A stretch of DNA of 55,998 nucleotides from assembly GCA_035623315.1 (NCBI GenBank), contig DASPTR010000189.1:1-55998 (forward strand). Direction: 5' to 3'. A program made the translations under genes and the position numbers. Shown piece by piece: positions 35,877 through 44,772 of this stretch. The notes under the pieces are model-generated. The model was not told the DNA's origin. It did no database searches and saw only the letters and a list, made by a program, of their open reading frames with translations. This DNA is from Candidatus Acidiferrum sp. (GTDB lineage: Archaea > Thermoproteota > Bathyarchaeia > Bathyarchaeales > Bathycorpusculaceae). The stretch's first letter is position 1. Each line of letters begins with the position of its first letter.

Positions 35877-36548
35877 ATGTTAATGGAAACAGTTACGGCA
35901 TGTTTCCTCCTAATCTGTTTGATAGTTTTCTTCTCGATGAACTTGCACAATGTCCTAGTGGTTCACGAGCACTCAGATAAAAAGCCTCAGCAGGCCGAAG
36001 TTGATCGCCCATCCGGACTCATCTTTAACGCAGTAGCTCTCGGCACCGTGGTCTATTTCTTCGAAGCGGTTTCCTATTCGCTTCTGATCCTGACTAGTTC
36101 TATCTCGGTGATGAGCGTTGTTGCCTTCACTGTCTCTGATGGGCTCGCTTTCCATGCCCAGATTTTCGGCATGCTTCTGACGGCATTCGGTTATTTCCTA
36201 TTCTTGTGGAGTGTCGCGACGCGTGGGAAATACGCTTCTTCATGGGCCATGAGAGAGAACCACAGACTTGTCACGTGGGGTCCGTACCGCCTCGTTCGCC
36301 ACCCGTCTTATCTGGCCTACTTTGCCATGTTCATCGGTTTTCTTTTCATCTGGCCGACGTGGCTGTCACTGATCCCGTTAATTGCCATCCCAGCCTATTA
36401 CCAAGTAACCCTTCAGGAGGAGAGGCTTCTAGAACGACGCTTCGGCGAAGAATACCTGAAATATCAGCAGAAGACAGGACGTTTCATCCCAAGGATAAAG
36501 ACTCATGCGAGAAGAACTGAAGTGTTCAACTATGAAGCAAAAAAATAG
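35877..36548 (+). CDS. Isoprenylcysteine carboxyl methyltransferase (ICMT)/phospholipid methyltransferase family membrane protein
   Basis: A multi-TM protein with LVTWGPYRLVRHPSYLAYF and EERLLERRFGEEY, the ICMT family signature. Confidence 0.75.
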   Translation: MLMETVTACFLLICLIVFFSMNLHNVLVVHEHSDKKPQQAEVDRPSGLIFNAVALGTVVYFFEAVSYSLLILTSSISVMSVVAFTVSDGLAFHAQIFGMLLTAFGYFLFLWSVATRGKYASSWAMRENHRLVTWGPYRLVRHPSYLAYFAMFIGFLFIWPTWLSLIPLIAIPAYYQVTLQEERLLERRFGEEYLKYQQKTGRFIPRIKTHARRTEVFNYEAKK

Positions 36549-36927
36549 AAGGGCCTCTTCCGCGGAATCGAATGACAGTCTATCAAGAGTTCTTAATGAT
36601 CACGGGCTAGCGTCACTTGGCGACGCGTTTGTCAACCTTATTGGTTCCCTAGCCTTATCGAACAGGAAGGGCAAACCTTGCGGCATAAAGGTCAAGGGTT
36701 CACTTCTTGCTGAAGGCCTAAGAAGGGCTGGGTTAAGACCGTATGTTCCCTTGAGGGCAACTCGTCACACGTTGGCAGACGCTGCTGAGGCCCTAATTGT
36801 TTTCGCGTGGTTGAAGGGCAGCATTACTCTGGAGGAAAGTGTGGAAACTCTGCAGAAAAGTGAGGATTTGGCTGAGGGCCTAAATCTGCTGCTTCAAATG
36901 ATAATGCGAAGGACTAGGCTTTCTTAA
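36532..36927 (+). CDS. Small RNase III-domain-like protein
   Basis: LASLGDAFVNLIGSLAL resembles the RNase III signature (E-x-L-E-x-LGDA), and HTLADAAEALIVFAWL resembles the second acidic block (D-x-x-E-A-L-I-G-A). It is about 131 aa from the ATG at 36532 and has no dsRBD. The Glu four residues before the LGD Asp is Ala here. Confidence 0.4.
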   Translation: MKQKNRRASSAESNDSLSRVLNDHGLASLGDAFVNLIGSLALSNRKGKPCGIKVKGSLLAEGLRRAGLRPYVPLRATRHTLADAAEALIVFAWLKGSITLEESVETLQKSEDLAEGLNLLLQMIMRRTRLS

Positions 36928-37198
36928 GAGCCCGCTCAAACTCCTTGCCGAAGTCGCTGTTTATCTCTCTGGCGTTTACGACTGCACGCTTCAGGACATC
37001 TTCAGGTTTCACTTTGCCCTTTGTGCGCACGTAGACTATCGCCTTAGGGGTCATCGGATGGGGAATATCATAACCTGCCAGATCCACGTTCTCTTCTTCC
37101 AAGATCCTTTTTTGAAGCAGGTTACACAGAGTGTGCCCGACACCGTCAATTTCCAATCTCAGCTCGTTCGGGGTCTTGTCCAGGACCTTGACCTTCAT
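36914..37198 (-). CDS. rpoL: DNA-directed RNA polymerase subunit L (Rpo11)
   Basis: MKVKVLDKTPNELRLEIDGVGHTLCNLLQKRI...AGYDIPHPM is the RpoL/Rpb11 pattern. It lies immediately downstream of csl4. Confidence 0.9.
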   Translation of the reverse strand: MKVKVLDKTPNELRLEIDGVGHTLCNLLQKRILEEENVDLAGYDIPHPMTPKAIVYVRTKGKVKPEDVLKRAVVNAREINSDFGKEFERALKKA

Positions 37199-37797
37199 TC
37201 GAAGCTTCCCTCTTCTGAAGTCAATCCCTTCCCATAGTCAAAAGCAGCTTTTCTATCTTCAATTCTTCCGCACTTGGGGCAATGCATGCCCTGTCGCCTC
37301 GATTCCATCATCGTACCGCAGCTTGAACAGAACGCGTAGATGACCCCCAGGTCCTTGTCCTTCGTCGACAAATGGTAAACCTGGTTTTTCTCGCTGATCA
37401 CGCTTGCCCTTATAATGTCACCTGCCTTGCAGATCTCGAACATGGAATCAACGTATCTCACATGAACGTCGGAAATGTGCAGGACCCCCATAAAAACGCC
37501 TGAGAGCCGCTTATCCCCAACCTGAAAAATGCTAACATGCGCATTCTCAGGTTGAACCAAAGACACTTGCCCAACCACCATGCTTCCGAGCTGAGGTATC
37601 AACACGCCCTGACCGGCAGGACTAACTGAAACGCGCCTGGCCGCAAAGTCAAGCACGGCACGGCCGACAAGCTTAGAGTATATCACACCGTCCTTGACGA
37701 AAGTCCCAGCATCCGGCACAAATTCTTCGATAACTCCTAAACGGTCGCCTGGGAGTACTAACTCACCACTCTTCGGCGAAACTGGCTTTGCATCCAT
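37195..37797 (-). CDS. csl4: Exosome complex RNA-binding subunit Csl4
   Basis: An N-terminal domain VLPGDRLGVIEEF is followed by an S1 domain and a C-terminal zinc ribbon CSSCGTMM...CPKCG. Confidence 0.85.
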   Translation of the reverse strand: MDAKPVSPKSGELVLPGDRLGVIEEFVPDAGTFVKDGVIYSKLVGRAVLDFAARRVSVSPAGQGVLIPQLGSMVVGQVSLVQPENAHVSIFQVGDKRLSGVFMGVLHISDVHVRYVDSMFEICKAGDIIRASVISEKNQVYHLSTKDKDLGVIYAFCSSCGTMMESRRQGMHCPKCGRIEDRKAAFDYGKGLTSEEGSFE

Positions 37798-37979
37798 TCC
37801 TAATCCCTTTTTTCACGGTCACGCATTACTGTTGGCAAGTTTGAGCTTAATTGAAACTGTTTACCCGCTTGCTGGGTAACTCTAGTTTTCATTGCCTATC
37901 AATAAACCTTTTGATCAATCACCCGAATAAACGGGGGGAACAACACTTCAAGTTTCACAGTATCCGTTACTGGTCGAAG

Positions 37980-38678
37980 CTAGCCACAGTTTATGACGTA
38001 GAGGTCAACTATGAACTCATGTTTTCCTTTCGTGTGGAAGCTGAACATGTGTGGAATCGTCATCATCATGGCATAGACTGCCTTGATCTCGCATCCTTGC
38101 TTCGTGACTAAACGCTCCAAGAAGGGAGAGGGCGAAACTGCCACCATGCCTGTTGAACAAGATTTCACCTTCCTGTAGAGATTTTTGTCTGCGTGTGGGT
38201 TCTTGTGAAGTGAATATACGATTCCTCCCACTTCCAAAGCTTTCTCCAGAAACTTTCGGTCAGCTCCTAGCTTCTGGATGCCATACGGCGGGTTTTCTAG
38301 AACCACATCAAACTCGCCTCTGAGCGCAGATACGTCAGAGACAAGCCAATCAACATCGTCTTTCAAGCCGACTCTCTTCGAGTTTTCAACTGCAACCCTG
38401 ATTGCAGACCTATCGATGTCTACTCCCAAGACGTCCTTTGCACCGAGAAACGCTGCACCTAACGCTAGTCTTCCAGTACCGCATCCCAGATCTAAGATTG
38501 ATCTGCCGAGAATGTTGTTGTCCGCGTAGGCGGCAATGTAAAGCATGCGAGCTGCAGCATCAACGGGAATCGTGTACTGTTCAAAATCAGTTTTAGGCTC
38601 AGTATGAGGTTCAACGCTAGAAAGGAGCATTTCCAAATCTAGTTTTCGAACAATCCTCTTCTGCATAGTTCTTCCCAA
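37980..38678 (-). CDS. METTL5-like N6-adenine RNA methyltransferase (COG2263 family)
   Basis: SAM motif ILDLGCGTGRLALGA, plus GVDID and the catalytic VLENPPYG. The start may be the ATG at 38666. Confidence 0.75.
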   Translation of the reverse strand: MGRTMQKRIVRKLDLEMLLSSVEPHTEPKTDFEQYTIPVDAAARMLYIAAYADNNILGRSILDLGCGTGRLALGAAFLGAKDVLGVDIDRSAIRVAVENSKRVGLKDDVDWLVSDVSALRGEFDVVLENPPYGIQKLGADRKFLEKALEVGGIVYSLHKNPHADKNLYRKVKSCSTGMVAVSPSPFLERLVTKQGCEIKAVYAMMMTIPHMFSFHTKGKHEFIVDLYVINCG

Positions 38679-39640
38679 GACACCTCCCCAAGAACCACAG
38701 ACACCTCACTGTTTGAGAGTATAGGAACGCTGAACCTCTGAGCATCTTCCAAGGACAATCTTGGACATGCCGTATTAACGAAGACATCTATAGTCGGGAA
38801 CTCCATAAGTACTTCAGGAGAAATCTCCTCAATCACAAACATAAAAGCAACCTTTCCCGCCTTTTCGAGTTTCCGTTTTATCTGCAAAGCCTGCTCAAGA
38901 TTCCTTTGCCCGAGCTTCAATCCTAATAGAACTCCAAAGGCCTTAGCCTTCTGAGCTTCTTCCACACTTCGCCAGCGTTGCCTAACTATCCTTTCAGCCT
39001 CTTCATCAACAGAGAAAGCCTCACAATCGTACGGATCAGCGACCACCGTTGGCTTCATCGTTGACAATGCTACCCCGAGCGCATGGAATCGTCCTCCTCC
39101 GATGAAAAGAAAAGCTTCAACATCTTTCGCGATCGATTTTGCGTTGCTGTAATCGCATCCTATGACCTGCCCAGGATAAGTTAGTCTTCCAGCGTCCCCA
39201 GTCATCACGGTTTTTCCGGCTCGCACGAGTATTTCTCTAGCTGACTCAATCGTGTGCATGTGCTGGACCGTGGTGGTCAAGCCGACTTTGCACCATTTCT
39301 TCAAGAGCGGCAAAGCTTTTTCCACGGCAGATGCGACGTCTAATGTTGTTCTTGCCTCAACATAAATCGTCGGTACAGGTTCATGTTGTACTAGCTTCGA
39401 ATGTCCATAGTGAATGATCAAGTCTACATCCAGAGCCTCTGCCTCTTGAGTCATCAGATCGCATGCACCGTAGCAGGGGTCAGCAGAAATCATGGGCAAG
39501 GCCCCAGTTTTTTCAATGACCCTGGCTAAACGGGGAGCTTCAGGCTTTAGGCCTTCAGGAAGTTGTATTAGAACACGTTTAGCCTGGATTCTCAGTATTT
39601 CTTGTCTTACTCTTTCCTCTTCAAAATCGTAGCTCTTCAT
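38639..39640 (-). CDS. dph2: Diphthamide biosynthesis enzyme Dph2 (2-(3-amino-3-carboxypropyl)histidine synthase)
   Basis: RVLIQLPEGLK, ISADPCYGACDL and a three-domain repeat pattern over 333 aa. Confidence 0.85.
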   Translation of the reverse strand: MKSYDFEEERVRQEILRIQAKRVLIQLPEGLKPEAPRLARVIEKTGALPMISADPCYGACDLMTQEAEALDVDLIIHYGHSKLVQHEPVPTIYVEARTTLDVASAVEKALPLLKKWCKVGLTTTVQHMHTIESAREILVRAGKTVMTGDAGRLTYPGQVIGCDYSNAKSIAKDVEAFLFIGGGRFHALGVALSTMKPTVVADPYDCEAFSVDEEAERIVRQRWRSVEEAQKAKAFGVLLGLKLGQRNLEQALQIKRKLEKAGKVAFMFVIEEISPEVLMEFPTIDVFVNTACPRLSLEDAQRFSVPILSNSEVSVVLGEVSWEELCRRGLFEN

Positions 39641-39711
39641 TGAGTCACTTCCAAAGTGCCCAAGTTCGGAAGCCTAGCAAACGAAAAAAGGAATGGACAG
39701 TACAGTAGTTG

Positions 39712-42159
39712 CTATTCGGACGTCCATTTGAAACCATGATTTCTTTTCATGGAATGACGCGTGATCCATTCATGTTGTTCTGCGAGCCGTTCAAGCATTA
39801 TCTTGTGTTCTATGCTTGCTACGAGCTTTTTGGTTGATATGACGGCGTCATTGTTTACTGATATGCTGTCGATTCCGACTCTCACGAGAAACTCTGCGAA
39901 GTCTGGCAGATTCGATGGACCTTCGCCGCATATGGACACTGTTGCCCCATTCTCATGAGCGACCTTGATCAAGTGTGCAAGGATTCTTTCAACCGCCGGG
40001 TCTCTTTCATCGAAGTAACCCATTTGCCCCAAACGTTCCGAATCTCTGTCAATCATCAGAATCCCCTGAGTCATATCGTTCGAACCTATAGAGAAGCCAT
40101 CACAGAGTTTCGAGAATTCATCTGCAAGTATCGCGATTGACGGCGTTTCAGCCATGAACCATACCTTGAAATCCTTCGTTCTCTCAAGCCCTTCTTCGCG
40201 CATGATTTCCAGCACTTTCTTCGCTTCCCACAAAGTGCGAACCACTGGAATCATAGCCCAAACGTTCTTGAGACCCCACTCTCGCCGACACTTCTGTATC
40301 GCCTGGCATTCAAGCCTGTAAGCCTTCTCGTACCATTCGCTGATGTAGCGGCTGCATCCTCTCCAGCCCAGCATCGGATTGTTCTCCACGATTTCGTATT
40401 TGTCGCCGCCTTTCAGTTCACGGTACTCGTTAGTCTTGAAGTCACTGAAGCGCACGACAACAGGACGCGGATGAATCGTCCTCGCAACAGTAGCTATACC
40501 TTCAGCAAGTTTGTCGATGAAAACCTGCGACCGCCCAGTCTCAACAAAAGACATGGGGTGTTCACCTATGTAGCTGGCCAGAATGAACTCCATCCGCATC
40601 AGGCCGATACCCTCGAAGGGCAAGTCCTTGTACTCTTCAACTTTTTCTGGCACCCCTAGGTTCATGTAAATCTTCGTCGCAGTCACGGGAACAGATTGGA
40701 AGACTCCTCCTGATACTGACGCGCCCAAAGCACCAGTTCCGCCAGCTGATGAGAGCTGCGCGGTCAGAGCCCGCATTACGCCTTCGTAGACGATGCCGCT
40801 TCTAGAATCAACTGTGTACTTGTTTCCAGTGACCATAAGCTTCGTAGCGTTCTCGGTTCCGACAACGCATGGAATGCCAAGTTCACGACTCACAATAGCA
40901 GCATGGCATGTCACCCCACCCTTGTCGGTGACTATTGCTCCTGCCAGTTTCATAAAGGGCACATAATCCGGATTAGTCATGTCAGTCACCAGCACGTCGC
41001 CTTTCTGCATCACCCTCGAAGCTTCCTCTGGGTCCATCACGACCTTTGCAACGCCTATTCCGAAGCCTCTTTTTCCCGCAGCGATTCCTTTCACTATAAC
41101 CTTTAGCGTCTCTGCTTGTCCAGTTGTTTCGGTTTCGGCTTTGGCAGGAGCTTCAGGTGCTTTTTGACTCCACACAGTCTCAGGTCTCGATTGCACCATG
41201 AATATGTTGTTTGGAAAAGACAGATCCCTGTCTATTGCCCACTCGATATCCTGGGGCTTACCATAGTGTTCTTCAATGCGCTTAGCAAGTTCTGCAAGCG
41301 TCAGAATCTCCTGATCACTGACACATGGTTGCTCCTGCTTATCAACAGGTACTTCTGCGTGAACGGTCTTTCCAGTGTTCGGATCACGAATATACTGAAC
41401 AGTTTTCTTCGCCAAACGCCGGTCCGTTATTTTCAGAGTTTTCTTGTCAACCACAAAATCATCCGGCGTAACAGAACCTGACACGACTGCCTCGCCTAGA
41501 CCCCAATTCCCATCGATCACGATCTGGCTAGGATCACCAGTGACAGGGTTTATCGTGAATAACACTCCTGCAGCTCTGGAGTTCACCATTTTCTGAACGC
41601 CGACACTTAAGAAGACTTTCTCATGCGCAAAACCCTTCTCATCACGATAGAATATTGCACGAGGCGTGAAAAGACTTGACCAACACTTAACAGTGTACTT
41701 AAGGAGCTCCAAGATGCCTCGCACGTTCAAGAAAGTTTCCTGCTGGCCAGCAAAAGATGCGTCAGCCAAGTCTTCGGCCGTTGCGCTGGATCGGACAGCA
41801 ACGAAAACATCGTTCACATTAAGCTTCTTACACAACTGATCGTAAGCTATCCTGATAGCATTCTCAATTTCCTTAGGCATAGGCGTTTCTTCAATCAGCC
41901 CTCGAATCTTCTTAGAAGCGACCTCATAGAGTTTCGGATCATTAGGATTCGTCACCGTTTCCTTTATGATCTCATAAATCTTCGAAGAAATCCCAGTTTC
42001 TTCGATAAACTTCTTGTACGCAAATGCGGTAATGGCGAAGCCAGGTGGAACAGGTATGCCTGCGCTAGTAATCTCTCCCAAGTTAGCATTCTTCCCGCCT
42101 ACTGACGGAATGTCAGTCTTTCTCAGGTTCTCGAACCAAAGTATCAAATCCGATCGCAT
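39712..42159 (-). CDS. ppsA: Phosphoenolpyruvate synthase (pyruvate, water dikinase)
   Basis: VGGKNANLGE, the phosphohistidine loop GGVTCHAAIVSRELGIPCVVG, and a C-terminal PEP-utilising barrel ending GSNDMTQ. The ATG at 42159 lies 1 nt after the L10e stop; the track start is a TTG at 42168. Confidence 0.95.
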   Translation of the reverse strand: MRSDLILWFENLRKTDIPSVGGKNANLGEITSAGIPVPPGFAITAFAYKKFIEETGISSKIYEIIKETVTNPNDPKLYEVASKKIRGLIEETPMPKEIENAIRIAYDQLCKKLNVNDVFVAVRSSATAEDLADASFAGQQETFLNVRGILELLKYTVKCWSSLFTPRAIFYRDEKGFAHEKVFLSVGVQKMVNSRAAGVLFTINPVTGDPSQIVIDGNWGLGEAVVSGSVTPDDFVVDKKTLKITDRRLAKKTVQYIRDPNTGKTVHAEVPVDKQEQPCVSDQEILTLAELAKRIEEHYGKPQDIEWAIDRDLSFPNNIFMVQSRPETVWSQKAPEAPAKAETETTGQAETLKVIVKGIAAGKRGFGIGVAKVVMDPEEASRVMQKGDVLVTDMTNPDYVPFMKLAGAIVTDKGGVTCHAAIVSRELGIPCVVGTENATKLMVTGNKYTVDSRSGIVYEGVMRALTAQLSSAGGTGALGASVSGGVFQSVPVTATKIYMNLGVPEKVEEYKDLPFEGIGLMRMEFILASYIGEHPMSFVETGRSQVFIDKLAEGIATVARTIHPRPVVVRFSDFKTNEYRELKGGDKYEIVENNPMLGWRGCSRYISEWYEKAYRLECQAIQKCRREWGLKNVWAMIPVVRTLWEAKKVLEIMREEGLERTKDFKVWFMAETPSIAILADEFSKLCDGFSIGSNDMTQGILMIDRDSERLGQMGYFDERDPAVERILAHLIKVAHENGATVSICGEGPSNLPDFAEFLVRVGIDSISVNNDAVISTKKLVASIEHKIMLERLAEQHEWITRHSMKRNHGFKWTSE

Positions 42160-42160
42160 T

Positions 42161-42679
42161 TCACTCAACTATCTTCGCCTCTTGCTCCTGCTTCTTTTCA
42201 ACAGTTATACGACACGGAATAGGAAGCTTAGCACTGCCCCGCTTCAAAGCTATCTTGGCCGTCTCAACGCCTTCCGCATCTACACCAACCAGAATAATCG
42301 TCTGATCAACTCTCACCCGCGCCGCAGTCCCAATCGGCCTCCCGAAAGACGCCCGCATACCCTGCTGCAGACGATCAGCATGCGCACCGAAAATCATCTT
42401 GTTCTCCCTAAGAATATTATGAGGATAAGTCAAAACGTCCAAACGATAATTATTCACAAGTTTATCCAACAAAATACGGTTAGAAGCTATACGAGCAGCC
42501 TCCAAAGAATTATGCCTAATCTGAGCCTGTTCTGAAGCAATGAGCTTAGCCTCATACGCAAACTGTTTCTTAGTATCCCCCATAGTGAACTTCGTTATTT
42601 TTGGCTCAGGAAAACCCTTAGTAAACTCCTTCCGCGTATTAGACTGACCCTTAACAGGCCGATAATTCTTCGCATGCAT
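42161..42679 (-). CDS. rpl10e: 50S ribosomal protein L10e (uL16)
   Basis: MHAKNYRPVKGQSNTRKEFTKGFPEPKI...HADRLQQGMR...FGRPIG, 172 aa. Confidence 0.9.
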   Translation of the reverse strand: MHAKNYRPVKGQSNTRKEFTKGFPEPKITKFTMGDTKKQFAYEAKLIASEQAQIRHNSLEAARIASNRILLDKLVNNYRLDVLTYPHNILRENKMIFGAHADRLQQGMRASFGRPIGTAARVRVDQTIILVGVDAEGVETAKIALKRGSAKLPIPCRITVEKKQEQEAKIVE

Positions 42680-42860
42680 TCCAGATTCCCCTTCTGCATA
42701 CCATAATCGTCGTATTTAAACGTATTTTTCAACACACTTTCATCCTGAACCACTGATTTACTTTCTGGTTCCCCAATAAATATTCAGAATACACAGAACT
42801 CTCCACGCCGAGCTGGACTCCGTTAAACCACAAAAACCACCAGCATGACTAACGAGACCA

Positions 42861-42993
42861 GAAAAACCGACCTAGGAGGGGGAGTAGGTGTATTTTCGCA
42901 TGTTGCAACATCCCAAAATACAGATACTTTCTGCTCCGAAAACCGACCGATGATAGGGGTAGGCTCATTTTCGTATGTACAACATCCCAAAAC
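42861..42993. repeat. Dimeric intergenic repeat element, copy 1 (two units of about 60 nt joined by acagatactt)
   Basis: Its reverse complement aligns with 53052..53185. For example, attttgggatgttgcaacat ... cctac-ccccctcctaggtcggttttt shows about 88 percent identity by eye over the distal unit. It contains the palindrome atgttgcaacat at 42900-42911. Confidence 0.8.
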
Positions 42994-43023
42994 TGCAGGT
43001 CCGATAGTTACGTTATTTCTCGT

Positions 43024-43230
43024 CTAGGAGTGCCCTGTCCACCAGTCCCAATGTAGGGCTCTGAAGCACACGTAGAGAACTAGGAGAATCGTTCCCCAAC
43101 TCAGCGCGATGGCTGCAATCTGCAGAATCAGTATGGACAAGTATGCGTAGCTAACCCAACCACTCAGCGAACACAAGCCGATTAGCAACAAGATGAATAT
43201 GGCCACGTGGATTCCTCGTTCCGCAGGCAT
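43024..43230 (-). CDS. Hypothetical small membrane protein (2 TM)
   Basis: 68 aa with two clear hydrophobic helices. I recognise no family. Confidence 0.3.
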   Translation of the reverse strand: MPAERGIHVAIFILLLIGLCSLSGWVSYAYLSILILQIAAIALSWGTILLVLYVCFRALHWDWWTGHS

Positions 43231-43330
43231 AGATGTTCCCTCGCTTAAACTGATTCACAGCTTAGGTCTCGATTTTGTTAAAAGACTTTCCATCAACATT
43301 TATTTCGATGCGCCGAATAGCATAAATGCA

Positions 43331-43394
43331 GAGCCGATGATGCATGAAGAGCCGTCTGATTCTGTGACGAAAACCAACGATGGGGCTGAGGCTT
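43331..43394 (+). ncRNA. Candidate box C/D sRNA
   Basis: The layout is: terminal stem AGCC (43332-35), C box AUGAUGC (43337-43), 12-nt guide, D' CUGA (43356-59), 4 nt, C' GUGACGA (43364-70), 15-nt guide, D CUGA (43386-89), then GGCU (43390-93) complementary to the 5' AGCC. C and C' each have one mismatch. The second spacer is longer than the canonical 12 nt. Confidence 0.35.
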
Positions 43395-43461
43395 CTTCAA
43401 CCACATTTCGGTGTTCAGCCTGTTCTGGCAAGGCTGGAACGTGCTTCTTCTTGCGAGAAGC

Positions 43462-43908
43462 TCAGGTTCTGCCTTCGAAATGGCCACTTTTGCGGGGTAA
43501 ATGCACTTCCAGGATTCCTTTCTTGAAACGAATCTTCATCTTCTTCATCTGCACTGGTACAGGAATGCGCGACAGAAAATGAAATTTCTGGAATTCCCCT
43601 ACTTGATGAATCATACCCATATCCTTAAACGTCATTTTCCTCTTCATCTTGGCCGAAACCTCAAGCGCGTCTTCACCAACGGCCTTAACCTGCAGTGTGC
43701 TCTCTCTCGTGAAGGGCAAATCGACGGTCACCACGACCTCAGTCGGCGCCACAATCAAGTCGCTGAGTGGCTCAATCGTAGAAGCCTTCAGATTCCAGCT
43801 CGGCCTTTCGACGAGCTTATTCCTCCACTCCTCAACCTCACTCCTCAAATCCTCAAAAAAAGAGTCAAAATCATCCGCGGCTGAACGTCTCCTCTTGATC
43901 GACATCAT
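43462..43908 (-). CDS. Small heat-shock protein (Hsp20/alpha-crystallin family)
   Basis: The alpha-crystallin core is VVTVDLPF...LQVKAVGEDALEVSAK...RIPVPV...IRFKKGILEVHLPRK (G-x-L motif). Confidence 0.7.
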   Translation of the reverse strand: MMSIKRRRSAADDFDSFFEDLRSEVEEWRNKLVERPSWNLKASTIEPLSDLIVAPTEVVVTVDLPFTRESTLQVKAVGEDALEVSAKMKRKMTFKDMGMIHQVGEFQKFHFLSRIPVPVQMKKMKIRFKKGILEVHLPRKSGHFEGRT

Positions 43909-43915
43909 CAGCTCC

Positions 43916-44671
43916 TCATGAAACGTACATTGGAATATCGTATTCTTGACTCTTCTTCATGTTGGACATCTCTTCCTGAGTTCTTTTCATAACATCTCTA
44001 GCCTTAAGCCTAATCTCCTCACCCTTCTCCAACAACTTCGCAGTATCAACCTTAAGTCCCATCAACTTCTCCAGACTCTTCAAAACCTCCGCAGCAGCCT
44101 CAGGATCAGGATAGTTAAGAAAACACTGGGCAACCAATGCCACAGCTGGCAAACCGTATTGAGCACATCGCATGAGCATAATGGCTTGAGGACCAACCAA
44201 ATAGCCCTCCATCAACCCTTCGACACCCTTCGCCTTAACAGTCTCAAGCATATTCGCACTTGATGCGGCAGCAAACACCTTCAATTCCTTCAAATCCTGC
44301 CTATCTTGAACAGGTATACCACTCATCGAAATCATCATCTTCACCTTCTTCTTTCTTCCCCAATCAACCAAAGCATCAACGACCATATAGACCAATTCAG
44401 CAGGCACGGGAGTTTCAGAAACCACCAGCAGAGCATCGCGATTCCCAAAAATCCTGAGCGACGAATGCGGAAGCCCTTCATGAAGAACAATCAGCGGCGG
44501 CAACAAACTTGACTCCACCTGAGCCACCTCAGCCAGATCAAGCTCCTCAATCAAATGCGATGCTGCTATGACCCCGACCAATCCAACATCAGGAAAACAG
44601 AACAGCATAACAGCACCAGAAGAAACCTGACTCTTTTCCACGATGTTGATCTCGCTCACAATGATTCCCAA
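43916..44671 (-). CDS. PAC2-family proteasome assembly chaperone (second paralog)
   Basis: MLFCFPDVGLVGVIAASHLIEEL near the N-terminus, a charged C-terminal tail, and the ending ...DIPMYVS. Confidence 0.8.
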   Translation of the reverse strand: MGIIVSEINIVEKSQVSSGAVMLFCFPDVGLVGVIAASHLIEELDLAEVAQVESSLLPPLIVLHEGLPHSSLRIFGNRDALLVVSETPVPAELVYMVVDALVDWGRKKKVKMMISMSGIPVQDRQDLKELKVFAAASSANMLETVKAKGVEGLMEGYLVGPQAIMLMRCAQYGLPAVALVAQCFLNYPDPEAAAEVLKSLEKLMGLKVDTAKLLEKGEEIRLKARDVMKRTQEEMSNMKKSQEYDIPMYVS

Positions 44672-44733
44672 GTATTAGAAACTATTTCGCCGTAAAAAAA
44701 CTTGCCTAAAACAAACTCAAACGACAGAATATC

Positions 44734-44741
44734 TATTTAAA
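44734..44741 (+). promoter_or_regulatory. TATA box upstream of srp54
   Basis: tatttaaa lies about 35 nt upstream of the ATG at 44773. Confidence 0.35.
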
Positions 44742-44772
44742 GACCCGACGATTCTTAACCTTGGAGAAAACC

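Noticed and set aside
42845-43027. ORFs 42845..43027 (+) and 52949..53146 (-), which share peptide strings such as QHPKT and might suggest a small protein family.
   Set aside because: The shared peptides arise simply from translating the inverted DNA repeat. The ORFs have no convincing starts or context and differ outside the repeat, so I treat them as non-coding repeat sequence.
43193-43582. ORFs 43193..43582 (+) and 43293..43487 (-) in and around the hsp20 3' region.
   Set aside because: Both overlap hsp20 and/or the spacer holding the C/D candidate. Their translations are unremarkable and have no family resemblance.
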